NCBI GenBank assembly: GCA_951406725.2
Contig: OX597833.1
Coordinates: 63,798,001 to 63,862,000 of the forward strand
DNA length: 64,000 bases
Reading direction: 5' to 3'
Origin: Octopus vulgaris
Lineage: Eukaryota
In this document: one piece after another, positions 55,841 to 64,000 of the stretch
Numbering within the stretch: position 1 is the first letter of the stretch
Layout of the letters: every line of letters begins with the position of its first letter
Notes under the pieces: model-generated
Told to the model about the DNA's origin: nothing
Seen by the model: only the letters and a program-made list of their open reading frames with translations
Databases searched by the model: none
Made by a program: the position numbers and the translations under genes

Positions 55841-56156
55841 ATTTTGAGTAGAATTTGTTTCCAGCAGCTTGTTTTCCTATTTCCGTTTTGAAATAAAAGA
55901 CAAATTTGTGAAAGCTGCCTACGTGCATTTTAGACGAACGACACTCCGCTTGGTTCCAACTCACAATTTCCTTTATTTCTGAAAGAATGTATTCTTCTCA
56001 ACGCATTTCGGAACTACGCAAAGAGATAGGTTACCAAAAGAACCGATACGAAGTTCACACAGTTTATTCAGATATCATGATCTACAATAAAGAAGGCTCT
56101 CAAAAGAATATACCTAGTATACAGCATGAATGTCATTGGAAAATGTCTTTCTGTTC

Positions 56157-56962
<806 letters not shown>

Positions 56963-57654
56963 TCTGTTTATCTTCTGTTCTTCCGTTTTCCTTTCATTGA
57001 AGTGTCGTCGTAATCTTGCTTGGCTTCCATTTTGTGTTCCTACTTTTGTTTTTCTTCCCCTTTTATATATTCCCTTATGTAGTTTCTTTTATTATTATTA
57101 TTATTTTTTTGTTACTGCTGCAACTAATGTAAATTTGCTCAAGCTCCTAACACTGTTAACAACGAAAATATCAAATTCTACGTTTTCCAAAGCTGTCTGT
57201 ACAGCTTCTGCAGTATCAGCGCGTTTTCCATCGGTGATGTCACCGTAATGTCATCGCATTATCTCTGCATTATCACCGAATTAGCACGGCATTACAATCA
57301 CATGAAATGTTTACAAAATATAGATCAGCATCACTTTGACTACTAATCAGTGATGCATTCACACAATCAACTGCGAAAACACAAACGTACAGAGAAATAG
57401 ATACGTAGAAAAGCACAGAGCTATAGATAGCTGGATAGGGAAAAAGGATTCACAGTTTGACAACGATGTAAAAATGCAATTAAGAGGAAAGTGTACTCAC
57501 TAGGAGAAATGTTAACAAGTGTATTGGAATACTGATATTTGTTGAAAGACGAGTATGCACTTGTACAGAGGGGATATATCAGTATCTATATATAAGTTTG
57601 ACTCATGCAAAAGTAGCTTTGAATAATAATAATAATAATAATAATAATCTCTCT

Positions 57655-58067
57655 CTTTACTCTTTTACTCTTTTACTTGTTTCAGTCATTTGACTGTGGC
57701 CATGCTGGATCACCGCCTTTTAGTCGAGCAAATCGACCCCAGGACTTATTCTTTGTAAGCCTAATTATTATATCGGTCTCTTTTGCCGAACCGCCAAGTT
57801 ACGGGGACGTAAACACACCAGCATCGGTTGTCAAGCGATGTTGGGGGGACAAACACAGACACACAAACACACACACATATATACATATACATATACATAT
57901 ATACGACGGGCTTCTTTCAGTTTCCGTCTACCAAATTCACTCACAAGGCTTTGGTCAGCCCGAGGCTATAGCAGAAGACACTTGTCCAAGGTGCCACGCA
58001 GTGGGACTGAACCCGGAACCATGTGGTTCGTAAGCAAGCTACATACCACACAGCCACTCCTACGCCT
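57655..58067 (-). mobile_element. SINE family A, full length, within (TAA)n
   Basis: Consensus match; TAA repeats on both flanks. Confidence 0.92.
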
Positions 58068-58076
58068 ATAATAATA

Positions 58077-58152
<76 letters not shown>

Positions 58153-58205
58153 CAACAACAACAATAACAACAACAACAACAACAGCAACAACAATAATAA
58201 TAATG

Positions 58206-58372
58206 ATAGGAGCTGCAATAAGGGTGGAGCACTTGCAGAGAACAGCACTGTTTGGAACCGCTCGAATACTCCGGATGGTGCTCGAAAAATAAGCGGTGTT
58301 ACCTTAGTTCACTGGTAGTGAACGGCTGACACCATACTACGTTTCCAGCACATTAGAAGCTGTGCAAAGACA
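58206..58372 (+). mobile_element. R4/Dong-like extreme 3' fragment
   Basis: IGAAIRVEHLQRTALFGTARILRMVLEK* + 80-bp UTR; (TAA/CAA)n upstream and aataa(tac)n downstream. Confidence 0.8.
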
Positions 58373-58375
58373 ATA

Positions 58376-58530
<155 letters not shown>

Positions 58531-58709
58531 ACTACTATGGAGGAAGGTAAAAATCCAAAGAAGGAAAAGAAATCGTCAATGGCACAAGTGTACATCTATC
58601 TATGTATATCTATATACATACATACATACATACATATATATATATATAGATATAGATATACATGCTTAGTGGTATAGTCATTTTCCTTTTTTGCCTTATA
58701 ATTGTTGCC

Positions 58710-58901
58710 ATGATAGATCGGTAGCCACTACACACAGTTTTTGCTCCCCTTGTTTCTATCCTTTTTTTTCTGTGTTCCTTTCTGTAGAAGAGCGTAGGCT
58801 GGAAACGTAAAAGACTTTTTCAATTTCCTGAGCGTTATACTAATAAATCTGTTTGTTTCGTACACCACCTGTCTTCGTCTTTTGTTTCTTTCGTGAACTC
58901 T

Positions 58902-58905
<4 letters not shown>
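58710..58905 (+). mobile_element. PLE-type pLTR remnant with minimal hammerhead-like core
   Basis: tctgTAGAAGAgcgtaggctGGAAACGTAaaaga; homologous to 22140-22320; ends at (TA)n. Confidence 0.55.
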
Positions 58906-58952
<47 letters not shown>

Positions 58953-58958
<6 letters not shown>

Positions 58959-59115
58959 TCAATTGAAGAAATGGAGTTGAACGAAGATTGAACAGAAATC
59001 GTTTTATTGCATTCTACACGTGTTTCGAAAGCCACAATTTACCAAATTGTGTAGAATGCAATAAAACGATTTCTGTTCAATCTTCGTTCAACTCCATTTC
59101 TTCAATTCACTAATA
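58953..59115. repeat. Inverted repeat, 67-bp arms, one mismatch, 29-bp spacer
   Basis: tattagtcaattgaag...attctacac (58953-59019) vs gtgtagaat...cttcaattcactaata (59049-59115). Confidence 0.95.
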
Positions 59116-59267
59116 ATATTAAAATTCAATTATCCGCACCAACACATGGTTGCAACACCATATGGTTGTACTTCCAACCGTGCTGTCTTCTGCTGTGATT
59201 TTTGCTACCAAGGTATCGGTTAAACTTTTGATTAATCTGCAACAAGATTATTCATCTTTCTATTTCA

Positions 59268-59312
<45 letters not shown>

Positions 59313-59827
59313 CCAGATCCGGATCACAAAACGAAGAATGAGTTTAGCATGTCTTCACCTGTGACAATTGTTTCGCCACCGCCTTGTTTTTCACGCCATT
59401 CCACGAAAAATTTAATGTGAAAACTTTCGCAATATCTGTGGCGCTTTATCAGACTTGCATCAAAAGATGTGCTCTTATATCGTGCGACTGTCAAGCGCTG
59501 TATATTGCTTATATAAGAAAGAAAACCAAGAGTAAAATATCAAAATAAAAACGGTGAAATAGCAGACAAGACCTAGACGACAGTAAAACCAAATTAGATA
59601 AAGATCGAATGAGATGTAGAAGTTCAACTGGGGTCGATGATTTATATATATCAAAGAAGAGAATATATACATATAGACTACGCTTATTTTAAGAGTTTGA
59701 TCGTTGTGAGATATTGCCTATTATAATGCGCAGAAACATATTTAGAATATTAAGGAAACTGTCTATTCTCTTTAATACTTATATCGCCATGTCTGTCAAT
59801 GATATTTTATTGCTTGTTGTGGTTGTT

Positions 59828-60030
59828 GAGGCGGTGAGCAGACAGCGTCTATAAAAATGTCGGATTAAAAATCTTGCAGAATTAGTTTGGTCTTTTGACG
59901 TTCTGAATACAAACCACGCCGATGCCAACGTTTTTCCATTCTTACTCTCGGAGTTGACAAAACAACGTACCAGTGATATACGGAGGTAGATAGTATCGCC
60001 CTATTCTCGCTCCTTAAAGTTGCTGTCTTT
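59828..60030 (+). mobile_element. Old SINE family B copy
   Basis: aggcggtgagc...gacgttctgaat...ctcggagttgacaaaacaacgtaccag. Confidence 0.55.
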
Positions 60031-60044
60031 CTGACATTATATCA

Positions 60045-60101
60045 TTCTTCTTCTTCTTCTACTTCTTCTTCTTCTACTTCTTCTTCTTCTACTTCTTCTT
60101 C

Positions 60102-60133
<32 letters not shown>

Positions 60134-60489
60134 CTTCTTCTCCTTCTTCTTCTCCTCCTCCTCCCCCTTCTTCTTCTTCTTCTTCTCTTTCTTCTTCTTC
60201 TTCTTCTTCTTTTTCTTCTTCTTCTTCTACTTCTCCTCCTCCTCTTCTTCTTCTTCTTCTTCTTCTTCTTCTTCTCCTTCTTCTTCTTCTTCTTCTTCTT
60301 CTTCTTCTCCTCCTCCTCCTCCTCCTTCTTCTTCTTCTTCTCCTTCTTCTTCTCCTTCTTCTTCTTCTTCTTCTTCTTCTTCTTCTTCTTCTTCTCCTCC
60401 TCCTCCTCCTCCTCCTCCTCCTCCTCCTCCTTCTTCTTCTTCTTCTTCTACTCCTCCTCCTCCTCCTCCTCCTCCTTCTTCTTCTTCTT

Positions 60490-60584
<95 letters not shown>

Positions 60585-60601
60585 TATTATTATTATTATT
60601 A
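60045..60601. repeat. (TTC/CTC)n-(TTA)n microsatellite
   Basis: Direct reading. Confidence 0.97.
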
Positions 60602-60654
60602 TAAAGTAAGGCGGTGGGCTGGCAGAATCGCTGACAGAGTTTAATTATGCATGA

Positions 60655-60950
60655 CAAGTTCGCAATTTTTTGGATTAACATTTTCCGGAGAGGTGGCTCG
60701 GGCATCGCTGGCCAATTTGATTGGTCACCACGGTCACCAGATTTAACTCCCATGGACGTTTCCTGCTGGCGTTATATTAAATCCCTTGTGTATACTGAAT
60801 CGTGACCAAGGACATCTTTTTTCAAAGAATTGTTGAAGCGTGTAAACAAATCGACGGCAATGAAGAGCTATTCGGGAGGGTTCAGTGCAATTTGAAATTG
60901 TGTATGAACATTTGTTTAGAGGCACATGGCCAACACTTTGAAGATTTGGA
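60655..60950 (+). pseudogene. Tc1/mariner-superfamily transposase C-terminal fragment
   Basis: WSPRSPDLTPMDVSCWRYIKSLVY / QRIVEACKQID...CMNICLEAHGQHFE, matching WPPRSPDLTPxDF..WG..K..VY...G.HFE. Confidence 0.8.
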
Positions 60951-61204
60951 ATGGATTATCTACTTCATTGCTAATAAAGCATACTTAATATCGCTCATGG
61001 CGCGTGATTTTGTGGCCAACCTGTGTATATATATATTATCTTTCTCTCTCTCTCTCTCTAAATATATATATAGAGACATATATATATATACATATATATA
61101 TGTTTATATATATTATGTATATATATATATGTATATATGTGCTACACATGTATATTTTTATGTATATACATATATCTATATATAAATATATATGCAAACA
61201 TACT

Positions 61205-61263
<59 letters not shown>

Positions 61264-62450
61264 GCACACATATACATGCGATTATCGGGCTGATATTAAA
61301 ATAGGGGTGAAATGTTAGCGCTATTAAATCGAATTTAGAATAGTAAAAGAATGTTTTCCTTTACGACAACTTCCTTAAAATGAATTTAAATAACAACAAA
61401 ACAAAAAAAAACACCGAATGTCGTTTCGTATTTTATATTCCTGTTTTTGTTTAACCCTTGGAAGGTTTTTTTCATAAGGATATTTTTATCGGCAATGGAA
61501 TATTTTTACTCACCATACGATAACTGATTAATTATATGTACTTCCTGACAATATCCGAGCTCCACCATTTTCAAATGTCGTTGTTTGTTGCAGTTGCCTT
61601 TGCACTTGTTGTTATATTGACGCCATTTTCCATCTCGGGCGCCATTTTACTTCAACGCTTCAAAGTATTGCATGAACAAACATTCGATAAAAGATTTTTA
61701 AAGGGCGGAAAAAAAATATTACAAAAAAAAAAAAAAGAAAGAAAAACAGAATAAAAACTAAATATCTTCACAAAAACGAGGATTAATAAAAGAGAGAGAG
61801 AGAAAGAGAGAGAAAAAAAATTCAATTTTTTATTTTGGAAAAATCTGAAGAAAATAACATTATATGTAACAATATCTTAGAATATAAAATGCCAATAATT
61901 TTTTTGCTGGGGTTTATTTTTGTAACATGCAAAAGCATCATATTGATGTCCGATTATTTTAAAAGCTAACGGAAAATAAAAATTTTTATCTCTCGAATAA
62001 TAATTACCCATTCACCATACAACAACCTGTCATATAAGGTCTTATAGTCTTCAAATTCTCTATTCCTGTCTTTCTTGGGTTTCCCGCTCTTTCTGTGACT
62101 CTGTCTCTGTCTCCCTATATATATATATATCTCTCTCTTTTCCTTGCCGTTTTTTTATCATCATCATCAGTCCCATCATCATCGTCTTTATTACATTTCC
62201 TCTATATTTTCCTCTCGTCAAACAGGCGAATAATTTTCTATAATTCGTAAAATATAAACTATAATGTTGAAAAACTGCATATAAATCCTCCCACACAAAC
62301 GTTTAAACGTATACATACATATATATACATATATACATACATATATATACATATATACATACATATATATATATACATACATATATATATACGTAGATGG
62401 GGTTTGACAGGTATAACCACACTAATATACATATATACATGCATGCGTGT

Positions 62451-62560
<110 letters not shown>

Positions 62561-62819
62561 AGAGAGAGAGAGAGAGAGTGAGAGAGAGTGAGAAAGAGAC
62601 GTATAAGAACTCGTGCAAAGTGTGTCGCATATATACATATATACGTATGTACGTGTGTGTGTGCAAGTGTGTGTGTGCAAGTGTGTGTGTGCAAGTGTGT
62701 GTGTGCAAGTGTGTGTATGCAAGTATGTATGGTTAATAGATGTCAGTATGAGTAAACACCTATAAATGTATGCCTGTATGTATATATATATATATATATA
62801 TATGTACACACATATATAA

Positions 62820-62874
<55 letters not shown>

Positions 62875-62877
62875 TAA

Positions 62878-62931
<54 letters not shown>

Positions 62932-63573
62932 TCATTCATGTAAATATATATGTATATTTATACATATATAGATATATTTACAAAAATTCATACATACATA
63001 CATACCTATATATATATATGTATCAATATATATACATATATATACATATATATATTTATTGATATATAGATATATACATATATTCACATATATATTTATA
63101 TTGACGCATAACGAACATTGTTCTTATTATTATCATCATCATTATCGTTGTTGTTGTTGTTGTTGCTTTATTATGGAGATTAGTATATAAGAAAAATACA
63201 CTTTTACAACAAATCAATCGTGCAAAAAATAAAAACCCTTAAAAAAAACCCCAAATAAAATCAATAATTTTACAGAGAACTATAATATTAAAACATTTAA
63301 AAAAGCAAAACACACAAATAAGAATGGGAAAAGTTTAAAAATAAATTTAAAAAAGACTATGTAAGATAATAATATACAAATATCTTACGTAAAACTAACA
63401 AAAAATAAAATTTAAAAATATATATATACAGAAATACGACAACGAAAATAGGAAATTGGTGGAGGTGCTGGGATGGGGGAAGTTTAAATTTAAGAAAGAA
63501 ATTTATTAAAATAACATTTATATTCATAAAGGAGAGTAGTAGTGATTGCAGAAGAGGAGGAGAAGGAAGAGTT

Positions 63574-63758
63574 GAATTGAAGGAGCGAAAGAGGAGGTGG
63601 AGGTTGATGAAGGGGAGTTGAAGATGAAGATGACAGAGGTGGGGTAGGAGAGGAAAAAAAGAAGAGGAGGAAGAGGAGGAGGTGAATTGAAGGAGCAAAA
63701 GAGGAGGTGGAGGTTGATGAAGGGGAGTTGAAGATGAAGATGATAGAGGTGGGGTAGG
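63574..63758. repeat. 110-bp-period direct duplication in purine-rich tract
   Basis: gaattgaaggagc(g/a)aaagaggaggtggaggttgatgaaggggagttgaagatgaagatga(c/t)agaggtggggtagg at 63574 and 63684. Confidence 0.92.
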
Positions 63759-64000
63759 CGTGGGAAAAAAAGAAGAAGAGGAGGAGGAGGAGGAGATGCT
63801 GTAGGTTGGTAAAATTTTAAAAAGAAGTACTGGAAAATTGAGGAAGACGAGGTTGGGGGGGGGCGAGAAATGAGGAAAAGATAACGACGATGAGGTGGAG
63901 AAGGTGAAGGAGGAGGAGGAAGAAGTTAAAGAAGAAAAAGACGAAAAAGAATAAGAAGACAGAAGAGGAGTAAAATAGGATGATGGCGATGACGATGATG

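Noticed and set aside
59355-59400. Minus-strand CGAAAC-AATT-GTC hammerhead half
   Set aside because: No CUGANGA or stem II upstream

Overview
AT-rich, extremely microsatellite-dense eukaryotic DNA. The repeat landscape looks like a coleoid cephalopod, probably Octopus (inference from recalled SINE families and composition). No intact host protein-coding gene, rRNA, true tRNA or CRISPR array can be supported, and nearly all listed ORFs are read-through of (TA)n, (CA)n, (TACA)n, (TCTA)n and trinucleotide tracts. The complex sequence is mostly transposon debris: at least four tRNA-derived SINE families, Penelope-like element (PLE) fragments (RT N-terminus, GIY-YIG, pLTR remnants), R4/Dong-like RLE retrotransposon 3' ends, a Tx1/L1-like 3' end, RTE pieces and Tc1/mariner fossils. 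Three signals stand out. (1) (TA)n-anchored fold-back palindromes carry hammerhead-ribozyme cores; the best is a 136-bp palindrome at 42464-42599 with a hammerhead on each strand. (2) Retroelements appear to partition microsatellite targets: (TAA)n Dong-like, (TACA)n a second RLE family, (TCTA)n Tx1-like, (TA)n PLE ends. (3) One SINE 3' tail matches the 3' end of the Tx1-like LINE. All coordinates were read by eye and family names are from motif recognition, not database searches.
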